Below the pieces are notes generated by a model, which searched no databases, had not been told where the DNA came from, and saw only the letters and a list, made by a program, of their open reading frames with translations. This document shows, piece after piece, positions 30,118 through 42,840 of a stretch of DNA of 64,000 nt. Positions within the stretch are counted from its first letter, which is position 1; each line of letters begins with the position of its first letter. The position numbers and the translations under genes were made by a program. The stretch comes from Octopus sinensis (taxonomy: Eukaryota). The DNA lies in the NCBI RefSeq assembly GCF_006345805.1, contig NC_042997.1:59954001-60018000 (forward strand), written 5' to 3'.

Positions 30118-31176
30118 CATACATACAGGCACACTCACACACACATACACACACAAACAAATATATATATGCGCGCGCGCGTGTCTGCGTGCCTGTGTGC
30201 ATGAATGTTATCTCGAAACTACGTTACCAAAATATCTGGCTGCAGTTTCTATTAGGCTGAGATCGTGAAGAGACTCCCTCATTAGCTTTTTAAATCAGCA
30301 TCGCACAAAAGTCGTGATATGATCCATTAACCTTTTTGGTAGCAGTATCACATTCCGTTGATGTAGTTAGCTCGGTTGTCTAGAATTCCCTCCTTGAATA
30401 TGTCACTTCTGAAATCGTAGACTTGTAACAGTTTCTGCTGAACGTTAACAGCATCAATTGCACCCGTCTTAAAGGGACTATTCTGGCTATAGTTAAAGTT
30501 CCTTTCTTTGCATTAATGTAATAATAACAGTCTCCAGGTGAAAATTAGAGCACAAGAGAATAAGAGTAATCCAAATGCCTTCTAGACACCAGCAATGCAC
30601 TTCGCTAATGATCCAAACTACTCTTTTCTGCCCAGTCTGCATAGCTGTATGCTGGACTTATGTCATGTGACATAGTTCACTGCTGTACACTGCAGAAGAA
30701 GTAGTAGCAACGTTGCTGAAATATAGATTTTGTGATATAAGAACATGACCAAAGATTTATGGGGAAGGAGTTTCCCTGAAGGATGAAAGGCAAAGTCAAT
30801 GGACCCATTTCATTCCTATTTTGCTCTACTGAAGCTCCACAGACATTTGATGTTAAAAAAAAAGTCTCTTTATATTTTTGTAATTAAAGATTATTAGGAA
30901 TTGTATTTAAAAAATTGTTGAAATATTTTATCTATAGTGGAAGTATAGCCAATTTATTGTACATGAAGTTTATCATCAAAATCTTATGTAGATCCTCAGG
31001 AGACATGTTGACCCCGATTAAGAACCACGGCTATAAATTTCGTAGACAATGAAATATTTGGGGTTACTTATTTCATTCCACCTGTATGGTCTATGAACCT
31101 CAGATAAAGGATCACAATTAAGGAGCAAGGCACGCAAACGTTTAAAATGAATGATGCCCCAAAACTGGGGACAGCA

Positions 31177-31247
<71 letters not shown>

Positions 31248-31254
31248 CACAATA

Positions 31255-31575
31255 GGCGCAGGCATATTTGTGTGGTTAAGAAAATAGTTTTGCAACAACG
31301 TTGTTTTGAGTTCAGTCCCACTGTGCCGTACTTCGGACATATGTCTTCTACTATAACCTTTCACTCTGAGATTGAATTTAGTTCACAGAACTTTTGTCGT
31401 ATATGTATGTATGTGAGTGTGTACTGGGTCTCTTTGTCCCCCCACCACTGCTAGTCAACCGGTGTTGGTCTATTTACATCTCTATAAATTAGCGGCTCGT
31501 TAATGGAGAATATGATAAGTACCGAACTTAATAATAATAAGTACTGAGGTTAATGTTGTTCGACTAAAAATTACT
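31255..31575 (+). mobile_element. SINE family A, degenerate
   Basis: aggcgcaggcatatttgtgtggttaag...gagttcagtcccactgtgcc head with degenerate tail. Confidence 0.65.
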
Positions 31576-31844
31576 GAAACAAGTGGAAGGCAAAAAAAAA
31601 AAGTGTACATATAGCTTGAAATAATTATCTGGAAACTAGGTGATTCGGGTGTCTGGGTATAGACTCAACATAGCTGTTTCAAGTAGGGAGGGAAAAAATT
31701 GTTTACAGAAATAAAGGACATGTTTTCATGTGAGAGGCACGAAGAAAACGATTCATTGTTTTATAGTTTTCGACATATTTATGTCACTTAGCGAAAATAT
31801 AACGAGCATGGCTGATATGTTAATTCCCTCACATCAGCTATTAT

Positions 31845-32150
31845 TTATATTTCTCTTTGAAAAGGCTGCCTAAAAGAAGAGAGGAAGGAAGAAATGAATC
31901 AAGGGAAGGAGGAAGGAAGAAAGATAGAAGGGAAGAAGAAAGGAAAAAAGAAAAAGAGCAGAGAACAAAGAAAGGAACGAAGAAAGAAAGGAAAGAGGGA
32001 AGACAGGAAAAAAGAAAGGCAACTAGAAAGAGAGAAATAAATAAAGAAAGAAAAAGGAAAGAAAGATAGAAAGGAAGGAAGGAAGAAAGAAAGAAAGAAA
32101 GGAGGAAAGGAAAAAAGAAAGGAAAAAGAAAGAAGAACAAAAGAAAGCAC
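31845..32150. repeat. Polypurine (GAAA/GGAA) low-complexity tract
   Basis: Nearly pure A/G on the + strand over ~300 bp. Confidence 0.9.
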
Positions 32151-32845
32151 ATTTTATTGTCCAGATACCATTTTGATGTTGTGTATATAAACGCTTTAGA
32201 CCAATGAAGCTCATGATTTGTTTTTAGGTCACAAGGTTAGAAACCTTTAGAAGTTGACGAGGGATGAGTTCCTGTAATGTATATGACCTTTTATAAAAAT
32301 CTAGACCAGAGAATATAAAAGAAATAACTTAAGAAGTGGCGTACTGTACTGAATGAAATACGCAAACGATTCTCAATTAATTGAAATTTCTCACTTTGTT
32401 GGAGAAAGAAAACAATAAAACAAGCGATAATTGTTAGCCTCTTACGAATGAAAGCAGAGATAATACTTTCAATAAATTAAGAATTAATATCGCAAAATAA
32501 ATTTACGTACTTAGTTGGAAATCTTATCTTTCATTACCATAAAGGAAGAATTACGAGCATGTTTCGCCCTTATTTTACCTCATCGGCAGGACCAGCTTTG
32601 ATCAACCAATACCGACAAGACTTTTTTTTAAATATGCAAATTGGTTTACTGAAAATTGTGGACATATCTATATATATATGGCACTGGTAGGATGTAAAGT
32701 TAGAGTATTTCGAGAGAAGCACTCCGAGCTATCAACACTGTCGGGTTCCAGGCCAATGTCGGAATTCCTAAGGTGTAGAAAATCCTTGTTTCACGACGGT
32801 ACCAATGTAAAGTTAGTTTGGCGAAGAGTCAATAATCCAAATAAT

Positions 32846-32934
<89 letters not shown>

Positions 32935-33116
32935 CCCATTTGACACTAGATATCTTGCTCCTGCTTGTCGCTGGAGTACGTCAGTAGGATGGAGAGGGTC
33001 TGTGAGGGACTGTGCAAGCCGTTTCGAAATTAAAATTTTCGGCTGTGCAATCGTTGGCGAGGCAACTATTCGATGCCCGGTCGAGTAGGAGAGCGTTTTA
33101 TATGTATGTATGTATG

Positions 33117-33150
<34 letters not shown>

Positions 33151-34019
33151 TGTATGTATGTATGTATGTATGTATGTATGTATGTATGTATGTATTATGT
33201 ATGTATGTATGTATGTATGCATGCATGCATTTGTGTATGTGTGTGCGTATGTTTGTATGTATAAAGTCACCCCACGTTTTAATCAGACTAATTTCTAAAA
33301 CTACATTATTTAACTCTTTCTGTGTTTTATGATAGGATCGTAGGGTGTGATTTGAGGGAAATTTGGTTTTGACTGCTATTTCTAGCAAACCGAAGAATCA
33401 CGTAGAGAATTTCTTCGCTGAGTCACTAAAGCCATGTATCGTATCGGTGTCATTATTATCACCCCCACCCCCACCCCCACCACCACTACCATCATCATCA
33501 TCATCATCATTATACTACCAATATCAGTCACCTTGTAGGTGAGAGTTAGTTGCAGGAATCTATGTAGAATCTCGTTGGCGAGAACGTTGTTTTTGGTTTA
33601 GGGATAGAGTTAATCTGTCGCTCCGTTAAGCATCACTACCTGCTGGAAGCATTCGGGCCAGGTCTCCCTCTCTTCTTGCTACTGACCTTGGAAACCTTCA
33701 TAGAAAAGTCATGGGTGCTAATAATTTTCCCTCTGACTAAGCCATTAAAGAAAAAAACAAAAATCAAAAATCTTAAACCACGAACTGAATCATTTGTTTG
33801 TACTATAGAAATGAAAGGCTGTTGGAGAGACATGATGAGAATAATGGGAAATGAAAACACTTTCATGGTTGACAGAATGATTTTAAGAAATCAGAGGAGT
33901 AGCGTCACTTTTGTAAAAATAGAATAACATAAATACGGTGATGTGAAAACAAATTTGGAAATTGATCTAGAAATTAAAAAAAATAATAAACACAGAGGGG
34001 ACAAACAAGGACAGACAAA

Positions 34020-34192
34020 CGGATTAAGTCGATTACATTGACCCCAGTGCGTTATTGGTACTTAATTTATCAACCCCGAAAGGATGAAAGGCAAAGCCGA
34101 CCTCGGCGGAATTTGAACTCAGAACGTAACGGCAGACGAAATACCGCTAAGCTTTTCGCCCGATGTGCTAACGATTCTGCCAGCTCGCCGCC
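34020..34192 (-). mobile_element. SINE family B
   Basis: ccccgaaaggatgaaaggcaaagccgacctcggcggaatttgaactcagaacgtaac...gattctgccagctcgccgcc. Confidence 0.85.
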
Positions 34193-36134
34193 CTACTATA
34201 CATAAATATTACATAACTAATGTGGTGTATTGTCGTTTATTAATCAAGATAAAATTCAATTAGAAACTATAAGTGACGTCTTTATAGTTGTGAATGTATT
34301 TAGTAATTTACTTTGACGACGGATGCATAACTTTATTTCCCTGTGGTCATAATGTATGATATCACCTGGCGAGCTAGTTTATGGTTGAAAGTATTTTCAA
34401 TTCTTTTACTTTGAATATTAATCCCGATCTTATTGAAATGTTTCCATAAAATATGTATTTCAACAGCTGGTCGAGTCGGTAGAAGGATATCATATTGGGC
34501 GGCAGTCCACTTCACTACAAGCAAGTACTATAGGAGTTATACTCCACAGCTGTAATGCAATAATGATGCCATATAATTGATATATCTTTAGCTTAAATTT
34601 GTATTGAAATCCACTCAGATGCAAAGCTTTGATGGATAACTTTAAAAGAAACCAGCCTAGCGTAGCTACTATTGAATGACCGCACGTAAGGACTACACCC
34701 CCAGATGCTCAAAGTGAATCGTGTCCTTGACTTGGCTTCAGTCACTTACACGACGTGCCTGTGTGTTCAGCGGAAGTCAGTCTGGAGAAGAACAGTCTCA
34801 TCCACACTGAAAAGTATTTGACATATTACGTGAAAGCAAAACACTTATATTACCCATGAAAGCCTACGAGGTATTTCATCAAGTCGTAGTTAGATTTGAT
34901 TTTTAAACTTGAGAGAAAACTAAAACTCTACAAATTGATAGACTGTTAACTTTTCGTTATTGATTACTGATATTACTTTTATAATTAATGGGATTTATAA
35001 ATGAATACCACAGAAACGAGAAGAAAATGGTAAAGCAAGATTTCTAGACGATAAGCACACACATATAATATAAGAATAATGAGAAAGAGAACGAGAGAAA
35101 GAGAGAGAGAGATAGAAAGAGAGAGAGAGGGAGAGAGAGAGAGTGAGAGTGAGAGTGAGAGTGAGAGGAGGCATTAGGAAAGAGAGAGAAAACTTAATGA
35201 AGATATAAACGATCAGTTAATCTTTCACTCCAGCCAACAGAATTAACAGATGGCTAAACCGAATCCTTAAAAATTAGGTTAAGAGGACCGATTACAACTG
35301 ATAAAGAGTAGCTGGGAGGTAACCATTAATAGGAAGGCCGAACCTAATCATTTATATCACTACCAAGTTGGGAAAGGCTGAGCAAATTCTTTCTCAGCAA
35401 GTTCACAACGGAGTTATCCAGTATACAGTAAAACATGACCTAAGCAGGTCATTACTGCCCTGCCCACTGTAAGTGTTTGGACTTTGAACTTCAAAACAGT
35501 TGGCATTTAGAAGTAATTCTCCTTAAAGCATTTCATGTTTGTCGTGTTAATAATTACATGGATATTTTCTGTGTAGACATCAAACATGAAATTTAAGATT
35601 CAGAGATGGATACAGCTACTACTGCTGCTGTTGTTACATCTACTGCTGTTGCTACTGTTTGCTGCTATGGCTAATTTATTTTCCAGGCACACTACTGTGG
35701 TGATGACACAGATATAAGTAAGGCCACCTTATTAAGGGTTGATATAATAGTTCACAATCCAAACGGAACACTGGACAATTTTAAAGTGTTGGTGCTGCGC
35801 TGTTCATAGAGAACTATTGCAACTATCACTACTGCTGAAGTTGTATTATAATTTGGGTTAGAGATTCCTTCCAGTAAGGACAATTAGAAACATTTATAAA
35901 ATAATTGAAATACCTGCTTCATTCAGTTGAATAGTAAAATGTGACCAGGGATCGATTTGTAATATCTAGCTCGCAATAAAAGGAGGTAAATAATATCTGA
36001 TGTGCGTATGTGGCAGAAGATCGAGTGAAGTGAGTTGCCCTAAAACGATCTGATTCGAATTTAAACTATTGCGGTTTATTGTATGTTTGCATGAAAATAC
36101 TGTTGTGGGTGTTATTTAATTCTTTCTACTTACA

Positions 36135-36328
36135 GGTACAAGGCCAGAAATTTTGGGCGATGGGTTTTGTCGATTACTTCGAGCCTAGAGCGCAACTGAT
36201 TTTAAGCCCGAAAGGATGAAAGGGAAAGTCAACCTCAACGGAACTTGAACTCAGAACGTAAAGAACCAGAGGAAATATCGCTAAACATTTTGTCCAGCGT
36301 ACTAGCGATTCTGTCAGTTCACCGCCTT
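36135..36328 (-). mobile_element. SINE family B
   Basis: cccgaaaggatgaaagggaaagtcaacctcaacggaacttgaactcagaacgtaa...gattctgtcagttcaccgcc. Confidence 0.78.
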
Positions 36329-36976
36329 TGAGTGTTACTTAAAACAAGATAAAATGGTTTGTTTCTAGAGAAAAAAAAAGTTATTCTTGAAGAATAAATG
36401 TCAACATAATGTGTCAACATTTATGGAGTCATACGAAGGCACGTAAAATATTTTGTTATTTAAGAACTTTTAAAAACGCCATGAACTTAATTATTCCTCA
36501 AGGGTTTTAGCAAGAATATTGCGTCAGATATTTTTAAGGGAGAAAAAAAACTGGGTTGATGGTGGAGCGCTAGAGAGTAAAAACGACGATGGTGGCAACG
36601 ATACCAACAGCAATGAATACATACTATTGTCATAGGCAAGATATCAGGTTTACGTTGATAGAGCTTTGGACTTAGAACTTACTTGCCTTGTCAAAGTAAA
36701 TGCTCCTGGCGAAACTCAAGCTGAAGCTGCTAACATTTACGAACGGTGATCAGTACCATCCCAGAGTATATATAAACGGCTGAACCATTGAGATTTAACT
36801 ACATTGACATTGGCAGAGCACAGTGTGGCGGAGGTCACAAATTCGAAAGATCACAAGCATGAATTCACACATACATGCGTACGCGCACACTCACGTACAC
36901 ACATATACTTATATGCGTTCTTAGTGTGCATGCACACACACACACAACACATATATATATACATATATATACATAT

Positions 36977-37036
<60 letters not shown>

Positions 37037-37291
37037 GAAATATTAAAATTACTAAGTCTCTCTAAAGGAGATTACGGCAGCGTTACTGGAAATTAATAGT
37101 TATCGCCATACTAATATGGCAGTCTTATAAATATAAGACTAAAGCTGTCGCTGATTAGCTCCAAGAGGCCACCGCCTCAAGCTAGCTATTTGACACACAA
37201 TCTGCGTCCATTACAAACCTTCGAACGTGTAAGGCCATCAAATACGGTATTTGAGAAAAAATTATGCGTCCAATTGGTTAAAATTCTATTT

Positions 37292-37379
37292 GTGCAGCTG
37301 ATGATGGCACTGCATTTAAATTGATGTAATGATTGCATTGTTCAGTTAAATGGAGCCGCTTGAACCTGTCGTACTGCAT
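37292..37379 (+). ncRNA. Degenerate type I hammerhead-like motif
   Basis: gtgcag-CTGATGA-(long helix II with catttaa/ttaaatg and ggc/gcc)-GAACC-tgtc-GTA-ctgcat. Helix I is intact, but the core position A15.1 reads C. Confidence 0.35.
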
Positions 37380-37699
37380 CAGTACTTGATATTCTGTTGC
37401 TTATTTTGATTTTATTCACCTTAGTTCGAACTGTGCTGATTATACTGGACTGACTTGGTGCTTCAACTTAAGTACCTAATTCAACTGAATCTCAATAATA
37501 TATATACGTAATTTTTTTTTCAGAATGAGATAAAAAACAAGGCTGTGAAGATTTTAGAACATTTATAAATAGAAGATCTTACAGATGCTTCCAGGATATT
37601 TATTATATCCCTTCATCGGAGACGGTGTGAGAAAATGGTTAAGTAATAGTTAATTTAGATAAGATACCAAATAGAGGCGTATATATATCTATATATATA

Positions 37700-37767
<68 letters not shown>

Positions 37768-39474
37768 GTGGGTGTGTTTGTGCGTGTATGCGAGCACACA
37801 CACACGCACATTCCGGAGCAAGAGGTACGTTTAAAAAATTGTGTCAAAATATGTATTCGTTAGTGTAAAGGTACACGAATGAAACTAGATGGTTGTATGC
37901 CCTTCCTTGCTTTGTTTATTATTTTTCCTTATCTATTTTATGTTTTGTTGGGTAATTTTACTAGCCGTTGATGGCGTTTTTTGCATGTTGATTTTGTCAA
38001 TTGTCAGCTGAAATCGTTTAATTTTCAAATCTGTTCTGATAGTGTTTATATAACGAAACCTGTTTTTGTCGAAAGCGGGCGATCAAGAGTATATTTAAGA
38101 GGAAAGTAGTAAAAGAGAAAGAGGAGGAAGAAACACACTAAATAGACGAGCAAAGAAGAATGTGAGATGGACTCGTAAAGGGAAAAGATTAGAAAATTAA
38201 GAGGGGGCGGAAATGTTCAAGGAAAAGGGAAGCAATTCACAAGCTAAAGCCTTTTAATCTGACATACCAAAACCGCTACATGTTGACGGATATATTACAG
38301 CATAGGTCATTGCACTAAATTTAGAAAGAGAAAAGAGGAAAAAAGGAAAAATAGAAAAAGAAAAAGTAAAAGAGAAAGGAAGTAGAAGAAAGAAGGAAAG
38401 ACAGAGTGAAAAGTAAACGAGAAAGAAATTCTATCTGAAAACGAATTGCAAATAAAACGGCGAGATAATGATATTGTGTGACAGCGAAGAAAGGGAAAAT
38501 ATTTAAAACGACAACCAGTAGAATATAATGGAGAAAAGGTTGAAGTGTTTACCAAAATATGCAATCAAGATAAATATACTATTAGGTAATAGATGTTTCT
38601 TATCGCGTCTATGCTCAATGATTTGTCCCTGATTTTCTGTGAGTTAGTCACTGTCATGGGCATAAAAATACTGCAACGATGAGTGGTAAGCATTGCAAAG
38701 AGGTATGATAAAAATGCTCACTTATGTTTATTAGAACTGACTCTTAACTTCAATCGTTAAATGATGCCCGTAGATAGAATTGCGACTAGTTGATGATTTC
38801 TGCGCCAGAGATCTATGACCACCAGGCGTGGTCTTTTTCAATTCTGGAAGTTGTGGATTCACACATTAGAGATGGCTCAACTCATCTTAAGTGAATACTG
38901 ACACATAAAAGTACGAGTAATAATTAACAATTCTAAAGGCATGTATTATATTACTAATGTGTTAAAGCTTATTTCCTAGTGTTATAGTCAACTAAAGATA
39001 GAGAAAAAATTAATACTAAAGCGAGAGATCTACGATTGTTGGTACTTTAGTTTTTAAATGATCAAATTTGTAGTCCAGTTCAGCAGGCAAGATTAACGTT
39101 GTTTAATATTTGCTTGCGAATGTATAAGGATGAAAGTCTCTTTATTTGGAGAGAGGAGTCCACGGCGCCTTTTACTGCATTTTTGTCTTAATTAATTGAT
39201 AATGAATAATATATGACTCATGAGCTTTTTGAACATTCCATATACATTCTGTAAGCTATGTGCTCAGTAGTCCTTACATTGAAAGCTAAATGACTTATTT
39301 CTGTTAAATGTTATATTCTTATGCACATGCAGTACTTTGTTACTAGGACCATAATATGACTCAGGTGGAAATAACGAATAGTTTATCCCGTAATACATAT
39401 ACACATACATACATACATACATACATACATACATACATACATACATGCATACACACATGCATATATGTACATAT

Positions 39475-39523
<49 letters not shown>

Positions 39524-39699
39524 GTAAATATATGTACATATATGTACATGTATATATATAAATATATGTATGTATGTATGTATACACACACATACAGAAC
39601 GAGAGAGAAGGGGTAAGGAAGGGAGTGTCTCAAGGATCGTATACACACTTTAACAGCTGCTAACCCACATTTCATTTCTTTTTAGATTTAACTTAGAAA

Positions 39700-40330
39700 T
39701 AATGAAGGAAGTTAGACTAAGCTCTGAACAAAGGAAATGTTTCCTAATGTTCTACGAGAAGTTTGAAGACGTAGTCAAAGTGCAAAACAGTTCAGGAGAG
39801 AGTTTCAAACAGATCCAATTGGGCGATTTACCAACGATGGAACTAGAGGTAAGTTTGAAGCAGATACGATTGCGGACATCGACGATCGTCACAAACTAAG
39901 AAACAGTGCAAGAATCGCATTGCCAGGGTTAAAGAAAACCACATCTTCAAAATCCTCTTGAATGCTTGACATGATAGATTGTTGCAGCAAGTTCAAGTGA
40001 ATAACATCAGTCATTGTACTGTCAAGAAAGAATGGTCCATTTAAACCTTTTGAGGATAAGCCGTATCATACTTTAGCTTCTGGTAAATTAACATGATGTT
40101 CCTCCGTAACATGCGGATTTTCAGAAACTCAGTATGTGCAACTATGGTGGTTAATTTAGCCATTTAATTTAAATTTAGCCGCATCTTTTACAAATCTTCT
40201 CAAGCACCACTTGAAAAACTCCGCCCTTCGTTTCGGAACATTTTCACTGAAAGCTTGAACTACCCTTGGAATATAACTTTTCTAATTAAATATAAATGCC
40301 CAAATAAGTACAGGTATAATGTAAGTGGTA
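39700..40330. pseudogene. Tc1/mariner-superfamily transposase fragments in opposite orientations (rosa/DD41D-like by resemblance)
   Basis: + strand: MKEVRLSSEQRKCFLMFYEKFEDVVKVQ..QFRREFQTDP..GKFEAD (frameshifted N-terminus). - strand: [48 protein letters not shown] (catalytic core). The third Asp is not visible, so the subfamily is tentative. Confidence 0.7.
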
Positions 40331-41667
40331 GTAACTGTAAATTTTCCGTTCATTTCCTTTGTCCTTTGTTTCTACATTCGCATCTCCAACAGTAAATGTT
40401 TCTAAATTATATCCAATGAACAGTAAACAAAATTTATGATTAGAAAAGGAATGTAGTATTTGAGCAGCCCAGATGTGTAAACAAATTCATTATATTATTG
40501 ATAGTGTCCTAAAATATCAATACCTTTCTAATAAACAAAAAATAACTTAGATATCGTCATCAAATGTCCAGCACCTTTATGCAAATCCTTAATATATATA
40601 TATATATATATAATATATATATATATGTATGTATGTATGCGCGCGTGCATGGAGTACTACATATAGCATGCCTTGTATACACACACGCACACACACACAC
40701 ACACACACACCACACACACACACACACACACGCACTCACACACACACACAAACATCGGTTGTCAGATTTAGGTTATCTTGTTATTTCCTGTTCCTGGATT
40801 CCAACAGTATAGTATTCAAAGTATAAGCTAACATACTAATAGTCAGTACAAGATGGAACACATTGACTGTAAATGCTTCTGTCATCTTATATTATGTCAC
40901 AGTAAACCCGAAACTTTCGTGAGTGTGCCTATCAAGTTATTAGTCTGAAAATACTTAAATTTTTGAAGAATAATTTTACATCTTTGGTCATACTAATTGC
41001 TTCATGTATGTAAGCTTGATCCATGGATGCTCTTCGAAGCTTAGTGGTTAGTCGATGTCATCGACTAACCAAAAGCTATCTTAATTTTATCTCCTCGTCT
41101 CCATGCTTTCATTTTAGCAGTATCACTATTGAGGTGAACACTTTTGCTGACGATTAATTATTCTCATGGTGCAATATCTATTGCTTGGATGTCATCTAAC
41201 GTCAAATTGTGCAGTCTATATGTTAGTTGGAATACAGGTACATCAAATATGTTTTTGTATGCATAAAACTCTGAGGATCATATATTATAATTCTCTGGGC
41301 ATGCTTTACCTGTTGCAAGTTTCATCATACTGTGCCACATGCAGCACTAATAACTATAGAATTTTTCGTTAGTTACAGAGAGAAATCAGAGAAATAGTGA
41401 GGCTATTAACAGATATGTTGCAAGAGAGATTTGTAGTTTTAGTTCGTTTTATAATCATCTACGGAACATTTATCTTAGTTACATTTCTTCCTTATATCAT
41501 TATAGAAAATATCGTAAACGGATCATGAATTTTCGAAATGCCATCCATAATTTTGGCATATACTTTTAGGTTACCCACAAAGAAACTATGCTTCATGTTG
41601 GTGTTTCTCTTTTTAGACTTCTGAACAAAAACGATAAAGAGTTCACTGCAAATACAAACAATATCGC

Positions 41668-41734
<67 letters not shown>

Positions 41735-41981
41735 AAGACAAAGGCAGAGAGAGTGAGAGAGGGAGAGAGAAGGAGAAAGAGAAAGAGGGCGGGGGAAGCG
41801 AGAGATCTTTTCCATGAAATTGATCATTGCGCTACGATAAGTTATCTATCAGAGACAATACACTCAGTAGCTGCATTTGACATGAAGATGATGGCCCAGG
41901 ATGAAACTAGCCATGTCTTTGAAAGTTTAATATACCTAGTATATCTACGAGTGAGGAAAAGAATATATATGAATATATATA

Positions 41982-42033
<52 letters not shown>

Positions 42034-42229
42034 AACGAGTGAGAACCATTTGAATCCGATATCATAATTGTAATAGCTAATGTGAATTTCCTACGTACGT
42101 CATTACCAAATTAATTCTGATATTGAGAAGATTAAAGAACACTAAAGAAGACAAAACAAAATAAAAAAAGAAAAGGAAAAACTTGCATATTCTGACATAA
42201 AAGTAAAAAATAATAGCCATCATCCAGTA

Positions 42230-42840
42230 GTAAGAAACGCTCTAGTATTATCTGGTTACACCCATCTTCTTAAATGTTAAATCAAACATTTCTAAAAATT
42301 TCCAAGCCTTAGTAAACAAACATTTCCCCATCAACCACAGAGACAGAAAACTATCATACAGAAATAACCTTAAATTGGTTACAGCTGTACCACTATTATG
42401 ACAAATTTTGTTGCAAGAAAACCAATTAAATTTACCGAGATTAACTGCATATGCAGAAATACAAATGTATGTCCTCTAATTCAGTCATAAAACGCTGAAA
42501 CAGTATCTACGAAGCAAAAGTCACCTCACCCAATTCACAATTAAATATACAGCAACTCTACGCGGGTATGGTGGAAGATAAATTTAAACAAATTACCTCA
42601 CCATAGTTTATGGAGAGAAAAGGAATGTAACAAAACTATCGATTTATGCCTGAAATTTGAAATAACATACTACAACATCCGTCACGTGGATGCTGGAGTA
42701 TATAGAGAAATGATACAAAACGTTGCTAACGAAAGCCTCATAGTCAACAAACTTAATAAATCCACAGAGTATCTAAATGCTAGATCTAGATCTTACTCAC
42801 ATGTCGTCACTTAGAACTCTGGAAGATTATATCAACATCC
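42230..42840 (+). pseudogene. Penelope-like element linker + GIY-YIG endonuclease remnant
   Basis: KRSSIIW..VKSNISKNFQALVNKHFPINH..YRNNLK.GYSC..NCICRNTNVCPL..IYEAKVT..LYAGMVEDKFK..TKLSIYA*NLK..YLNARSRS..TCRH matches the PLE RkR.IIWFNP..KHFP..SYSC..CNCR..CPL..VY.A.V..Y.G..FK..LN.RSE..CRH layout. Confidence 0.8.

Noticed and set aside
30600-30690. Minus-strand YADWAEKSSLDH resembling CAP A..WA..C..H
   Set aside because: Bounded by stops with no splice sites; the alternative frame QTGQKRVVWII fits a LINE 3' fragment better.
32699-32767. Minus-strand GIPTLAWNPTVLIAR, superficially like the CAP L.W..L..A motif
   Set aside because: Phase 1 acceptor, an in-frame stop after 22 codons and no good donor.
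34750-34806. 57-nt minus-strand segment with good splice signals (ttttcag / gtaagtg) reading xWMRLFFSRLTSAEHTGTS, considered as CAP exon 2
   Set aside because: The only open frame is phase 1 while exon 1 ends in phase 0, and the peptide lacks CAP features. It could still be a cryptic or unrelated exon.
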